Shown: positions 27,867-38,578 of the stretch, piece by piece
How the letters are laid out: each line of letters opens with the position of its first letter
Position numbering within the stretch: position 1 is the first letter of the stretch
Source: an uncultured Flavobacteriales bacterium
GTDB lineage: Bacteria; Bacteroidota; Bacteroidia; Flavobacteriales_C; GCA-002722245
DNA: 56,386 nt
Direction of reading: 5' to 3'
Assembly (NCBI GenBank): GCA_905182585.1
Contig: CAJJCC010000028.1
Coordinates: forward strand, 1 to 56,386
The notes under the pieces: generated by a model
The model's input: the letters and a program-made list of their open reading frames with translations, nothing else
What the model was told of the DNA's origin: nothing
The model's database searches: none
Made by a program: the position numbers and the translations under genes

Positions 27867-27978
27867 TATGAAAAAGGCACACATTTTTTCATAGTTATTT
27901 ATAGGTTTAGTTTTGGTTAATTAATCTGCTGTGTACAGATAAAGTTTAAATCCCGCCCCTAAGAAGCGGGATTTTTTG
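27867..27978 (+). ncRNA. Candidate small RNA / structured element ending in an intrinsic terminator
   Basis: Three hairpins (TATGAAAAA..TTTTTCATA; ATCTG..CAGAT; AAATCCCGC..GCGGGATTT plus T tract). No + strand gene upstream. The 5' end is uncertain. Confidence 0.4.
27948..27978 (+). terminator. GC-rich intrinsic terminator oriented for the + strand
   Basis: AAATCCCGC-CCCTAAGAA-GCGGGATTTTTTG. Confidence 0.7.
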
Positions 27979-28020
27979 TATTTAAATTTGAATGTTTTTG
28001 AGAATACTTATTTTCAGAAA

Positions 28021-28044
28021 TAATAGCAGCTTATGCTGCTATTA
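28021..28044 (-). terminator. Terminator hairpin after the T9SS cargo gene
   Basis: TAATAGCAGC-TTAT-GCTGCTATTA, a perfect inverted repeat 29 nt past the stop. Confidence 0.7.
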
Positions 28045-28073
28045 AAACGCTTTTTTATGCGGATGCTTGTATT

Positions 28074-30614
28074 TTAACGCGCTAAATGAATAAATCCATT
28101 TATAATTCTATCCTGTACACCTTCTAATCGATTTTCACTGAGGATACAACTGTAATAGTAAACTCCACTACTACAGTTGAGTTTTGTTAATTGATGTTTA
28201 CCATCCCAATTAATATCCAATTCATTTGTTTTAAACACCTGTCGTCCCCAACGATTATAAATTTCTAAATTAATTTCTTTTACATATTTGTAAGGAAACG
28301 GAGTTAGTATTTCATTTACTCCATCATCGTTTGGAGTGAAAATATTGGGTAAAGAATAATAAGGACAGTTGTCAAAGCAAATTTCTTCATTGTCTTCTGA
28401 TTGATTCCCTACCGAATCTGTAGCCATGAATTTATAACATCCCGCTACCTCAAACCGTCCATTATGAATAAAAGAGGTGTCTGTCCAAGGTGCTGTGATT
28501 TCGGCTAATATATTATACTCATCTTCTGGAAATCTTTTAAAGTAAATTGTAATGCTTGATAAATCGGCATTACAGTCTGATGTATCGCCTAACCAGTATA
28601 AACGATTTTCATCTGTATCGCAATCTGACTGCGAGAATACGGTTGGAACACAAGGAGGGATAATATCCTCAGGTGTTTCACATACTTGTTGTGAATTATT
28701 TAAAAGTATAGAATCGTAGTTTTCATAACCACCTATCGTCATAACTTTATAGCAGTATTCAGTTCCGTTTGTAAGGTTTTTGTCAGAGTACGAGTTGTTG
28801 AAGACAGTGTCGATAACCTCCCAAACACCCAATTGCGCCCTTAAAATCAGTGCAGTATCGTTTTGCCAAGGCGTTAAGTAATTCCATGAAAGTTCCACCG
28901 TTTGGTCTGCTGGTACTGCTGTGAGAAATACCGATGAGGCTGTTTCAGAGGATGAAAGTTCATTTTCTTGTCCAGTTATTTCTTCTAGAAGAGTTATGAG
29001 GTAATTATGCTGAATAGTAGTATTGATGCTTATATGAGAAAATGTTGTATCCGATAAATCATTTCCTATATAAATTAAAGAAGGGACACCATTGATGACT
29101 TCATAGAGTTTGTAAAACAAGTTTCCTGAAGCATTCAGGCTGTCAATATTAACTGGGTTTTTCCATCGAATAAAAATCTCTCCGGCATTTTCGGTTGTTG
29201 TAATAACATCAACATTTAACGGAATTGGACTGATTTCAATAGTTTGGCTACACGCCTCATCGCTAACAATACTTTCTGCTCCATCAGGGAAACAAGCAAC
29301 GACTCTGTAACAGTAAAGATTACCTTCAATTAAGTTTTGATCAAAAAAGTTAGTTGAGTTTCTACCTGAGATAGTGGTTATTAATTGGTAATCAGTTTCA
29401 CTTGGCATTCCTGTAACACAAGAGTCTGGTATTAAGCTAGTCGAGTTTATTTTTCGGTAAACTTTATATCCACTAACTTCGGTGCAAATGTTTCTTTTCC
29501 AATTTACACCTATACCATCAACAATTGCCTCTGTTGAAACTTCTTCTGTTTTTGGGCCTAAAATTTTGATGTTTAAAGTTTGGATATCTATAAGTTGCAC
29601 AACTTCATCATTATCTTGAGCTTTGAAATAAACCGGATAAGGGTTTTGTCTTACATGAGAACAACCTGTTATCCATTCAAATTCTCCAGATACCGAATCG
29701 ATACCAATGCTACTGTTGTCAAAAGTTGCCAAATCACCTTCAACCTCACTTAAAGGTCCCCCGGTTGCTGTTAAAGTAATCACATCCAATGAATCTGGAT
29801 CTTTGGCTTTTATAGTTAGCTTAATAGTCGTTCCTGCAACCACACAAAGATCTCTAATCGGATTCAAAATAGGTGGTTGATTGTTACAGCTTTTTACGCT
29901 TATTTGCATATCTCGAACCATTGATCCAATTAAAAAACCACCTCTATACTCATTGATAAGAATAGCGAAATTAAACTCACCTTCAAACGTTGGTTTATCC
30001 CATGTAACTGTTCCCGTTGTGTGATTAATTGTTAAACCAGCAGGGAATTCATATCCAGGTACAATTAGTCCACTTTCACCTCTTGGGTTAACTAATGAGT
30101 AAGCTAAACTATCTCCGTCCTCATCAAATGCTGATGGGTTATGTTGATATATAGCATCAACGCAAGCTTCATCAATAGGAGGGTTTAAAAGAACAGGAGA
30201 GCCATTGGTCCCTAAAAAAGGGTTAATTATAATTTGCGATTCGATGTAAAAAGGGACACTAACTGAGTTGGGGATATTGATTATCCCATTGTTTCTGTTG
30301 GGATCTTCTAAACTAACAGTATAAGTTCCAGGGCCGGGATAAGTATGAATACTTGTGTATTGATTTTTATTAATATCGGTAGAGATAAATTGAGGAAATC
30401 CAGGAGATCTTAACAAAGAATCTACAGCCCCGTCTCCCCAAGAAATCGTTAAAAAAGGACGATCGGCCTCTGTCTCAATTCGAGTGTAGGTTGTTAGGGT
30501 AATTTCAAACTGATTAATTCCAATTTGTTTGTACGATATTTCCCCAGCTCGATTGTGCGTGGCCGAAACCTTTAAAACAGTAAACATCAATAATATGGAA
30601 ATAAAAATCCTCAT
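28074..30614 (-). CDS. T9SS type-B (gliding-motility-associated C-terminal domain) secreted protein with Ig/FN3-like repeats
   Basis: Signal peptide plus ATHNRAGEISY; FN3-like YCYRVVA/YCYKV; C-terminal LPNIFTPNDDGVNE..IYNRWG..WDG..GVYYY..GFIHLAR. Confidence 0.9.
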   Translation of the reverse strand: MRIFISILLMFTVLKVSATHNRAGEISYKQIGINQFEITLTTYTRIETEADRPFLTISWGDGAVDSLLRSPGFPQFISTDINKNQYTSIHTYPGPGTYTVSLEDPNRNNGIINIPNSVSVPFYIESQIIINPFLGTNGSPVLLNPPIDEACVDAIYQHNPSAFDEDGDSLAYSLVNPRGESGLIVPGYEFPAGLTINHTTGTVTWDKPTFEGEFNFAILINEYRGGFLIGSMVRDMQISVKSCNNQPPILNPIRDLCVVAGTTIKLTIKAKDPDSLDVITLTATGGPLSEVEGDLATFDNSSIGIDSVSGEFEWITGCSHVRQNPYPVYFKAQDNDEVVQLIDIQTLNIKILGPKTEEVSTEAIVDGIGVNWKRNICTEVSGYKVYRKINSTSLIPDSCVTGMPSETDYQLITTISGRNSTNFFDQNLIEGNLYCYRVVACFPDGAESIVSDEACSQTIEISPIPLNVDVITTTENAGEIFIRWKNPVNIDSLNASGNLFYKLYEVINGVPSLIYIGNDLSDTTFSHISINTTIQHNYLITLLEEITGQENELSSSETASSVFLTAVPADQTVELSWNYLTPWQNDTALILRAQLGVWEVIDTVFNNSYSDKNLTNGTEYCYKVMTIGGYENYDSILLNNSQQVCETPEDIIPPCVPTVFSQSDCDTDENRLYWLGDTSDCNADLSSITIYFKRFPEDEYNILAEITAPWTDTSFIHNGRFEVAGCYKFMATDSVGNQSEDNEEICFDNCPYYSLPNIFTPNDDGVNEILTPFPYKYVKEINLEIYNRWGRQVFKTNELDINWDGKHQLTKLNCSSGVYYYSCILSENRLEGVQDRIINGFIHLAR

Positions 30615-30712
30615 GAATTTACAGCGAACACCGGTCGTTTTAAAAATTTAGTTTCTAAGTTATGTAATTCAAATGAAGCTTTTTGGGAATAGTTTGGTAA
30701 TTTCATTAAAAA

Positions 30713-32104
30713 ATGAAGAATATGGAGATTATTGTTTCAAAAAAGGAGAATAAAAGTGCCGGTAAAATCTTTTTGTATAGTGATATTAAAAGTTTAAAAT
30801 CAAAATGCACTAAAGAAGAATTCCAGTTTTTGAAAAATGAATCTTCATCTAATGATGTAGTTGAGTTTGGAAATTATGACACTCGTAAAGTAATTATCTC
30901 TTCTAAAAAGAAGGCAATTGAATTTTTTAGAAAAACGGCAGCGAATTTAAATTTACAAGGTGATTTCGATTTACTTTGTTTAGATGTATCTAAAACCAAA
31001 ACCATTGCATTTTTAGAAGGTGCGTTATTAAACGACTATTCGTTTTCAAAATATAAGTCTGATTATAATTCAGATTCTGCTTCGATAAATGTTGTTTCAA
31101 CTGAAATTAAAGCAACAGATTTAGAACAACTAGAAAACGTTATCAAAAGCGTTAATTCTGCTCGTGACTGGGTGAATGAGCCCGTTAATCAACTAACTAC
31201 AGATAATTATCTTTCTCAAATAAATCAATTAACCAAAATTGGAGTTGAGGTAGACGTATTTAGAAAATCTAAATTAGAATCCCTAAATATGGGTGGGATA
31301 TTAGGCGTAAATAAAGGTTCCAATGAAGAGCCTGCTCTAGCTAAATTAGAGTGGAAACCAAAAGGATATAACAACGATAAGCCAATAGTTTTAATTGGAA
31401 AAGGTATCCTGTTTGATACAGGAGGAATTAATATTAAAACAGGAAACTTCATGACAGACATGAAGGCTGATATGGGCGGTTCGGCTACTGTAGTAGCAAC
31501 AATAAAAGCAATCGCAAAAAATAAATTACCAATTCATGTAATTGTTTTAACGCCAATTACAGAAAACAGAATAAATGGAAATGAATTAGTTCCTGGTGAT
31601 GTTATCACAATGCACAGCGGAAAGACGGTTGAGGTTTTAAATACAGATGCTGAAGGGCGACTTGTTTTGGCTGATGCGTTAAGTTTTGCTAAAAAATTCA
31701 ATCCTGAATTAGTAATCGATGTAGCTACTTTAACAGGCTCGGCATTTAGATTAACGGGCCACAATGGCGCTGTTGTTATGGGGACAAGTGATAAAAATAT
31801 TCATCAGCTAAAAAAATCAAGTGAAACTACATTCGAAAGAATAATTGAGCTACCAATGTGGGAAGAGTTTGAGGATACATTAAAAAGTAACATTGCCGAT
31901 TTAAATAACTTAGGATCAGGGGAAGGACAAGCGGTTTGTGCAGGATTTTTCTTGAAAAATTTTGTTGATTACCCATGGATTCATTTGGATATTGCAGGAC
32001 CTGCTTTTATTCCTTCGGATAAGGATTATCATAAAAAAGGTGGGACAGGATTTGGTGTAAGGTTGCTGTATCAATTTTTAAAGGATAAATTTGACTTGAA
32101 TTAA
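30713..32104 (+). CDS. pepA: Leucyl aminopeptidase (M17)
   Basis: GKGILFDTGG, MKADMGG, NTDAEGRL, ATLTG, WIHLDIAG. Confidence 0.93.
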   Translation: MKNMEIIVSKKENKSAGKIFLYSDIKSLKSKCTKEEFQFLKNESSSNDVVEFGNYDTRKVIISSKKKAIEFFRKTAANLNLQGDFDLLCLDVSKTKTIAFLEGALLNDYSFSKYKSDYNSDSASINVVSTEIKATDLEQLENVIKSVNSARDWVNEPVNQLTTDNYLSQINQLTKIGVEVDVFRKSKLESLNMGGILGVNKGSNEEPALAKLEWKPKGYNNDKPIVLIGKGILFDTGGINIKTGNFMTDMKADMGGSATVVATIKAIAKNKLPIHVIVLTPITENRINGNELVPGDVITMHSGKTVEVLNTDAEGRLVLADALSFAKKFNPELVIDVATLTGSAFRLTGHNGAVVMGTSDKNIHQLKKSSETTFERIIELPMWEEFEDTLKSNIADLNNLGSGEGQAVCAGFFLKNFVDYPWIHLDIAGPAFIPSDKDYHKKGGTGFGVRLLYQFLKDKFDLN

Positions 32105-32112
32105 GACGAGAC

Positions 32113-33378
32113 ATGAGCGATAAATTAGATAAGATAAAAATAGGAATCACTCAAGGTGATGTTAACGGAGTTGGTTACGAAGTGATTTTAAAGGCATTCT
32201 CAGATAGTGGAATGCTTGACCTTTGTACGCCAGTTATATATGGATCAAAGAAGTATAGCAACGAGCATAAAAAAAATCTTAAAATGGATGAATTTTCATT
32301 TTTTGTTGTCAACAAAGCTGAAGATTCCAGAGATAATAAAGTGAATCTAATTGAATGTTGCGACGATAAAGTAGATTTAAACATTGGTGAAGCTACACTT
32401 GCTTCTGGAAAAGCGGCGTTCCAATCTTTGGATATTGCCGTTAACGATTTAATGGACGGAAAAATAGATGCTATTGTTACTGCACCAATAAATAAAAAAA
32501 ATATTCAAAGCGATAACTTCGACTTCCCCGGCCATACAGAGTTTTTAGGACAAAAAGATGGCGATACGAAAGGTTTAATGTTTATGATTTCCGAAAAATT
32601 AAAAGTAGGAGTCGTAACAGGGCATATTCCATTAAAAGAGGTAGCCTCGGCAATTTCTGAAGAGAGTATACTGAAGAAATTAAAAGTAATGAGCAATTCA
32701 TTGAAAATGGATTTTAGTATTTCTAAACCAAAAATTGCTGTGCTTGGTTTAAACCCTCATGCCGGTGATAATGGTTTACTTGGTGCTGAAGAGCAAGAAG
32801 TTATTAATGGAGCCGTTAAAAAGGCTGGGGATAATGGCGTTTTTGCTCACGGACCATTTCCTGCTGATGGATTTTTCGGGTCAGCTCAATATTTAAAATA
32901 CGATGGTGTTTTAGCAATGTATCATGATCAAGGTTTAATTCCTTTTAAAGCGTTAAGTTTTGGAGAAGGAGTGAATTTTACAGCTGGACTTTCATTTGTA
33001 AGAACATCTCCTGATCATGGGACTGGTTATGATATTGCTGGGGAAGACAAAGCAGATGCAGCATCGATGAGACAAGCGGTTTACACCGCGATTGATATTT
33101 GTAAAAACCGACGAATGAATAAGGGCTTGTTAGCAAATGCTTTAAAACCGGGTAAAGTAAAGGAGCCCTTTAAAAAAGGCAGACCTTCAAGTGATACAAG
33201 AAAGCCAAGAAGAGAGCCAAGAAAGGATACTCCAAGACCGACACCTAGACCTAAACCAGCAGTTGAACAAGAAGCTAAAGTTGATCTTGACCCTGAAGTG
33301 AAACCTACTGAAATAGTGAAGGAAATACCAAAAGAGGGACCGAAAGATATTGCGAACGAAACACCGAATGAAGAATAA
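32113..33378 (+). CDS. pdxA: 4-hydroxythreonine-4-phosphate dehydrogenase with low-complexity C-terminal tail
   Basis: GDVNGVG, TAPINK, FPGHTE, GLNPHAG, AMYHDQGL, RTSPDHGT. Confidence 0.93.
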   Translation: MSDKLDKIKIGITQGDVNGVGYEVILKAFSDSGMLDLCTPVIYGSKKYSNEHKKNLKMDEFSFFVVNKAEDSRDNKVNLIECCDDKVDLNIGEATLASGKAAFQSLDIAVNDLMDGKIDAIVTAPINKKNIQSDNFDFPGHTEFLGQKDGDTKGLMFMISEKLKVGVVTGHIPLKEVASAISEESILKKLKVMSNSLKMDFSISKPKIAVLGLNPHAGDNGLLGAEEQEVINGAVKKAGDNGVFAHGPFPADGFFGSAQYLKYDGVLAMYHDQGLIPFKALSFGEGVNFTAGLSFVRTSPDHGTGYDIAGEDKADAASMRQAVYTAIDICKNRRMNKGLLANALKPGKVKEPFKKGRPSSDTRKPRREPRKDTPRPTPRPKPAVEQEAKVDLDPEVKPTEIVKEIPKEGPKDIANETPNEE

Positions 33379-33444
33379 AATCATAAAGTTCTGCTTTGAT
33401 AAAACTTTATGTTGTAACTTTGTAGGCTCTTAATTTTTGGACAA

Positions 33445-33963
33445 ATGGAATTTGATAAATTTGTAATCGGTTTCGAGGCACTTGAGTTAGGTGAATACAA
33501 CTATAATTTTTTAGTTGACGATGCGTTCTTTAACGATTTAGAGTACGCTGAAATTCAAGGAGGGGAAGTGATTGTTGGTGCAGTTTTGAGGAAATCAGAA
33601 CGTTTAAGCCAAATGGAACTAAACTTTGAGGGAAAGGTTGCGGTGCCTTGTGATCGTTGTAGTGAGGACGTTACATTGCCAGTGAGCTTTACGGAGTCAC
33701 TGATTGTGAAAGTTGGAACTGAAGACAATGAAGACGAAGGCTTGTTAATACTTGATGAGAATGATATTGAGTTTGATATCAGACATTATTTATACGAAAG
33801 TATAAGCTTGAGTTTACCAACGAGAAGAATACATTCTGAAGATGGTGATGATAAAGGTTGTGACGAAGCAATTTTATCAATGCTGAATCAGGATTATGAA
33901 AAAGAAAATAACGACGAAGATAATATCGACCCAAGGTGGTCGGCATTGAAGAATTTAAAATAA
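33445..33963 (+). CDS. yceD: YceD/DUF177 family protein
   Basis: CDRC, terminal DPRWSALKNL; directly upstream of rpmF. TAACTTTG box at 33415-33422. Confidence 0.9.
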   Translation: MEFDKFVIGFEALELGEYNYNFLVDDAFFNDLEYAEIQGGEVIVGAVLRKSERLSQMELNFEGKVAVPCDRCSEDVTLPVSFTESLIVKVGTEDNEDEGLLILDENDIEFDIRHYLYESISLSLPTRRIHSEDGDDKGCDEAILSMLNQDYEKENNDEDNIDPRWSALKNLK

Positions 33964-33987
33964 GAATTTAATTAAAGTATACACAAA

Positions 33988-34173
33988 ATGGCGCATCCTA
34001 AACGAAAGATTAGTAAGACAAGAAGAGATAAGAGAAGAACGCATTATAAAGCGGTTGCTCCTACACTTTCAACTTGTTCAAATTGTGGTGCTACTACAGA
34101 ATATCACAGAGTATGTGGTGAATGTGGTTACTACAGAGGGAAACAAGCAATTGAGAAAACGGTTACAGCTTAG
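33988..34173 (+). CDS. rpmF: 50S ribosomal protein L32 (zinc-ribbon form)
   Basis: [35 protein letters not shown]. Confidence 0.97.
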   Translation: MAHPKRKISKTRRDKRRTHYKAVAPTLSTCSNCGATTEYHRVCGECGYYRGKQAIEKTVTA

Positions 34174-34195
34174 TTTCTAATCCAAAAAGCTTAAT

Positions 34196-35131
34196 ATGCG
34201 GATTGGGATAGATATAATGGGTGGCGATTTCGCTCCCAAAACTACTACCGAAGGTGCTGTTTTAGCACAAAAAGAACTGCCAGGGGTTGAGTTAGTTCTT
34301 ATTGGCGACGAAACCAAAATTCTTCCTATTTTGGAAGAAAAGGGTGCTGATAAGAGTAAATTCTCTATTGTCAATACTACCGATTTTATCGGCATGAGTG
34401 AGCACCCTATTAAAGCATTTAAGAAGAAGCCTAAATCATCTATTGGTTTGGGCTTTAAGCTTTTATCTAATGGAGAAATCCAAGGTTTTGCCGGGGCTGG
34501 TAACACGGGAGCCATGATGATTGGTTCAATGTATACTGTTCAAACAATTCCAGGGATTATTCGGCCTTCTATTGCTTCGGTTTTACCGAAGGAAAATGGA
34601 GGTGTAAATCTTATTTTAGATGTTGGCGTAAATGCTGATTGTAAACCTGATGTTTTATATCAATTTGGTATTGTTGGATCATTATACGCTAAACACGTTC
34701 TTGGAATTGAAACGCCACGAGTTAGCTTGTTAAATATTGGAGAGGAACCTGAAAAGGGAAATTTACTTTCACTAGCAACTTATAACTTAATGAAAGATTC
34801 GAAAGACTTTAATTTTGTTGGTAATATAGAAGGAAGAGATATTTTTAATGACGGCTGTGATGTTGTTGTGTGCGACGGTTTTACAGGTAATGTAGTCATT
34901 AAAGAGGCCGAAGCTTTTTATCATTTGATGAAAAAAAGAGGTGTGCTAGATGATTATTTTAGTAGGTTTAACTATGAGATATATGGAGGAAGCCCTATAT
35001 TGGGGATTAATTCCAATGTTGTAGTTGGTCATGGTATCTCAAATGACGTTGCAATTAAGAATATGATTAAATTAGCGGCAGAAATTGCGAAAGCAAAACT
35101 GTCTAACAAGATAAAAGAAGCTTTTAAGTAA
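34196..35131 (+). CDS. plsX: Phosphate acyltransferase PlsX
   Basis: [41 protein letters not shown]. Confidence 0.95.
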   Translation: MRIGIDIMGGDFAPKTTTEGAVLAQKELPGVELVLIGDETKILPILEEKGADKSKFSIVNTTDFIGMSEHPIKAFKKKPKSSIGLGFKLLSNGEIQGFAGAGNTGAMMIGSMYTVQTIPGIIRPSIASVLPKENGGVNLILDVGVNADCKPDVLYQFGIVGSLYAKHVLGIETPRVSLLNIGEEPEKGNLLSLATYNLMKDSKDFNFVGNIEGRDIFNDGCDVVVCDGFTGNVVIKEAEAFYHLMKKRGVLDDYFSRFNYEIYGGSPILGINSNVVVGHGISNDVAIKNMIKLAAEIAKAKLSNKIKEAFK

Positions 35132-35132
35132 T

Positions 35133-36128
35133 ATGAGTACTATAAACGCTGCAATAACTTGTGTTGGAGGTTACTTACCAGAGTATGTAATGACCAATGC
35201 AGAGTTAGAAAAAATTGTTGATACTACCGATGAGTGGATCACAACCAGAACTGGTATAAAGGAACGAAGAGTCCTTAAAGGTGAAGGAAAAGCAACCTCC
35301 GACATGGGGGCTGAAGTAGTTAAGCAAATCTGTGAAAAAAGAGGGATCGCTCCTGAGGAAATAGACTTAGTACTAGTAGCAACTGTTACACCTGATATGC
35401 CTTTCCCATCTACCGCAAATATTATTTGTGATAAAGTAGGTGCAACAAACGCATGGGGTTATGATTTAAGCGCTGCTTGTTCAGGGTTTTTATACGCTTT
35501 AGTTACAGGACAAAGATTTATCGAAAGTGGAGCTTATAAAAAAGTAGTAATCGTTGGTGCCGATAAAATGTCGAGCATAATTGATTATGAAGATAGAACA
35601 ACGTGCATTATCTTTGGAGATGGTGCAGGAGGCGTTTTATTAGAGCCTACTGAAGAAGAAGTTGGAATTGTTGATTCTGTTTTAAAAAGTGATGGTTCTG
35701 GAAGAGAATTCCTAAACATTAAAGCTGGTGGCTCACACAAACCTGCTAGTTTAGAAACGCTTAAAAACAAAGAACATTTTGTTTACCAAGAAGGTAAGTC
35801 GGTATTTAGATTTGCGGTTACAAATATGGCTGATGTTTCAGCTGAAATTTTAAAGCGTAATAATTTAACTGGTGAAGATGTTGATTGGTTGGTTCCGCAT
35901 CAAGCGAACTTAAGAATCATTGAGGCAACAAGAGCAAGAGTTGGTATTCCTAAAGAAAAAGTAATGATTAACATACAAAAGTATGGGAACACTACTGCTG
36001 GAACATTACCACTTTGTTTGTGGGATTGGGAAAAGAAATTAAAAAAAGGGGATAATTTAATATTAGCTGCTTTTGGTGGTGGATTCACATGGGGATCTAT
36101 TTATTTAAAATGGGCATATAACTCATAA
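35133..36128 (+). CDS. fabH: 3-oxoacyl-ACP synthase III
   Basis: [39 protein letters not shown]. Confidence 0.96.
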   Translation: MSTINAAITCVGGYLPEYVMTNAELEKIVDTTDEWITTRTGIKERRVLKGEGKATSDMGAEVVKQICEKRGIAPEEIDLVLVATVTPDMPFPSTANIICDKVGATNAWGYDLSAACSGFLYALVTGQRFIESGAYKKVVIVGADKMSSIIDYEDRTTCIIFGDGAGGVLLEPTEEEVGIVDSVLKSDGSGREFLNIKAGGSHKPASLETLKNKEHFVYQEGKSVFRFAVTNMADVSAEILKRNNLTGEDVDWLVPHQANLRIIEATRARVGIPKEKVMINIQKYGNTTAGTLPLCLWDWEKKLKKGDNLILAAFGGGFTWGSIYLKWAYNS

Positions 36129-36157
36129 AAATTTTAAGAACGAAAAATCTTTTTGTT

Positions 36158-36661
36158 ATGAAAGTAAATGAAATTCAAGACTTAATTAAGTTCGTTTCAA
36201 AGTCTGGTGTTAGCGAGGTTAACTTAGAAACTAAAGAAGTTAAACTAACCATTAAAAATGATGGTGGTAAAAAAGGAAAAGGTGGTGAAGCACAACTTCT
36301 TCAAGTTCCTTTACAACAAATGATGCCACAGCAAATGCAAGCAGCTCCTATTGCAGCTCCAGTTACTGCAGCACCTGCGCCTGTTGTTGAACCAGCGGCA
36401 CCTGTTGATGACACTTCAAAATACATCGAAGTGAAATCTCCAATGATTGGTACTTTTTACCGTCGCCCTTCTCCAGATAAGAAAAACTTTGTTGAGGTTG
36501 GTTCTGAGATTAAAACAGGAGATGTTATTTGTATCATTGAAGCGATGAAGTTATTTAACGAAATCGAAGCAGAGGTTACAGGTAAAGTTGTTAAGATTTT
36601 TGTTGACGATTCAACTCCAGTTGAATATGATCAACTATTATTCTTAGTTGACCCTAGCTAA
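36158..36661 (+). CDS. accB: Acetyl-CoA carboxylase biotin carboxyl carrier protein
   Basis: Pro/Ala linker, SPMIGTFY, EAMK biotinylation site. Confidence 0.97.
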   Translation: MKVNEIQDLIKFVSKSGVSEVNLETKEVKLTIKNDGGKKGKGGEAQLLQVPLQQMMPQQMQAAPIAAPVTAAPAPVVEPAAPVDDTSKYIEVKSPMIGTFYRRPSPDKKNFVEVGSEIKTGDVICIIEAMKLFNEIEAEVTGKVVKIFVDDSTPVEYDQLLFLVDPS

Positions 36662-36700
36662 TCAAAAGGACTGATTAAATTATTTGTTTAAAAAATCATT

Positions 36701-36726
36701 TGTCAACCCTGAGCGGAGTCTAAGGA
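36701..36726 (+). repeat. Isolated REP-like half element between accB and accC
   Basis: TGTCAACCCTGAGCGGAGTCTAAGGA is a GC-rich island in an AT-rich spacer and shares the GTCA..C.GAGCG.AG pattern with the elements at 84 and 281. Confidence 0.5.
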
Positions 36727-36746
36727 TTCAGCCTAAAAATCTGATT

Positions 36747-38099
36747 ATGTTTAAGAAAATATTAATTGCCAACCGTGGTGAAATCGCTTTACGTATTATT
36801 CGTACTTGTAAAGAGATGGGAATTAAAACGGTTGCTGTATACTCTACAGCAGATAAAGATAGTTTACATGTAAGATTTGCAGATGAGGCAATCTGTATAG
36901 GACCACCTCCATCAAAAGAATCTTATTTAGATATTCCAAGAATTATATCAGCAGCAGAAATTACTAATGCTGATGCAATTCACCCAGGATATGGATTCCT
37001 TTCTGAGAATTCAAAGTTCTCAGGAATTTGTGCAGAAAATGGTATCAAGTTTATTGGTGCTACTCCTGATCAAATTGATGGAATGGGAAATAAAGCCCAA
37101 GCTAAAATCACAATGGAAAAAGCTGGTGTGCCTTGTGTGCCTGGTTCTAAAGGATTGATAACGGATTTAGATGATGCGAAGAAAACAGCAAAAAATATTG
37201 GTTATCCAGTAATGGTCAAAGCTTCTGCTGGTGGTGGAGGTAAAGGAATGAGAATGATTCCTTCTGAAGATCAATTGGAAGAGTTGTTAGATAGCGCTAA
37301 GCGTGAATCAGCAGCTTCCTTTGGAAATGATGACATGTACATGGAGAAGTTCATTGAAGAGCCTCGCCACATTGAAATTCAAATTATTGGAGATCAAACA
37401 GGAAATGCATGTCACCTATCAGAAAGAGATTGCTCTGTTCAAAGACGTCACCAAAAATTAGTTGAAGAAGTACCATCTCCTTTCATGACAAAGAAGTTAA
37501 GAGAGAAAATGGGTGAAGCAGCAATTAAGGCTTCTAAGGCTGTTAAGTACGAAGGTGCTGGTACAGTGGAATTCTTAGTGGATAAGCACAGAAACTTCTT
37601 TTTCATGGAAATGAACACACGTATTCAAGTTGAGCACTGTGTTACTGAAGAAGTTGTTGGATTTGATTTAATTAGAGAGCAAATTAAAGTTGCTGCTGGA
37701 TTTAAAATATCAGGGAAGAACTATTTACCTCAATTGCATGCAATCGAGTGTAGAATCAACGCTGAAGACCCTTTAAATAACTTCAGACCATCGCCCGGTA
37801 AAATTGTAAACTTCCACGCACCAGGTGGGCATGGAATCAGATTAGATACGCACGTTTATTCTGGTTATTCAATTCCCCCTAACTACGATTCAATGATCGC
37901 AAAGTTAATTTCTGTTGCTCAAACAAGAGAAGAAGCTATTGCAAAAATGAAAAGAGCGTTAGATGAGTTTATAATCGAAGGAATTAAAACAACCATCCCT
38001 TTTCATTTAAAATTAATGGAGGACCCAACTTTTATCACAACAGGAGTAACAACTAAGTTTTTAGAAGTTACAGAGTTTGATTACTCGGATATGAAGTAA
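36747..38099 (+). CDS. accC: Acetyl-CoA carboxylase biotin carboxylase subunit
   Basis: [14 protein letters not shown] start (revised to ATG 36747), [35 protein letters not shown]. Confidence 0.97.
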   Translation: MFKKILIANRGEIALRIIRTCKEMGIKTVAVYSTADKDSLHVRFADEAICIGPPPSKESYLDIPRIISAAEITNADAIHPGYGFLSENSKFSGICAENGIKFIGATPDQIDGMGNKAQAKITMEKAGVPCVPGSKGLITDLDDAKKTAKNIGYPVMVKASAGGGGKGMRMIPSEDQLEELLDSAKRESAASFGNDDMYMEKFIEEPRHIEIQIIGDQTGNACHLSERDCSVQRRHQKLVEEVPSPFMTKKLREKMGEAAIKASKAVKYEGAGTVEFLVDKHRNFFFMEMNTRIQVEHCVTEEVVGFDLIREQIKVAAGFKISGKNYLPQLHAIECRINAEDPLNNFRPSPGKIVNFHAPGGHGIRLDTHVYSGYSIPPNYDSMIAKLISVAQTREEAIAKMKRALDEFIIEGIKTTIPFHLKLMEDPTFITTGVTTKFLEVTEFDYSDMK

Positions 38100-38117
38100 T
38101 TAGAATACTATTATATT

Positions 38118-38155
38118 AAAAGCGACGAATGAGGAATCATTCGTCGCTTTTTTTT
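38118..38155 (+). terminator. Intrinsic terminator of the fatty-acid operon
   Basis: AAAAGCGACGAATGA-GGAA-TCATTCGTCGCTTTT plus further Ts. Confidence 0.92.
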
Positions 38156-38578
38156 ACCTGAAATTTTTGCTTTTTATTAGGATTGTAAAACGTGTGAAAA
38201 TAACACTGGCGGTTAGAATACTCTTTATAATAAGGGCGGGTATAAAATTTCCAATATTCGAACGATGTCAATAATTACGATGAGGTCACTTATTGGGTTT
38301 TCTACAATCTGAAAAAATAGCCCGTAAAGTATTATAATACCTTCGTGCAGAATTCCAGGCATAATTAGGATAAGGGCTAATAATTAGAATTCAATATCAT
38401 ATGCTTGAGCCATGAAAAGAAGGGTGAAGTTTTGAAATAAAGGGAATAAACCACCAATGACAAAGTTGCTATATAAAAACATAGTTAACTTTCTTATTAT
38501 AATTAAAATGATTGAAATTTTGTGTGGTGGTAATAAAAAGTATAAATGTGAGAGAATTAAACTTGCAGCTATATATAG

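Noticed and set aside
27874-27892. Sigma-54 promoter (GGCAC...) for the candidate sRNA
   Set aside because: The -12 element reads TTTT rather than TTGC/TTG at the required spacing.
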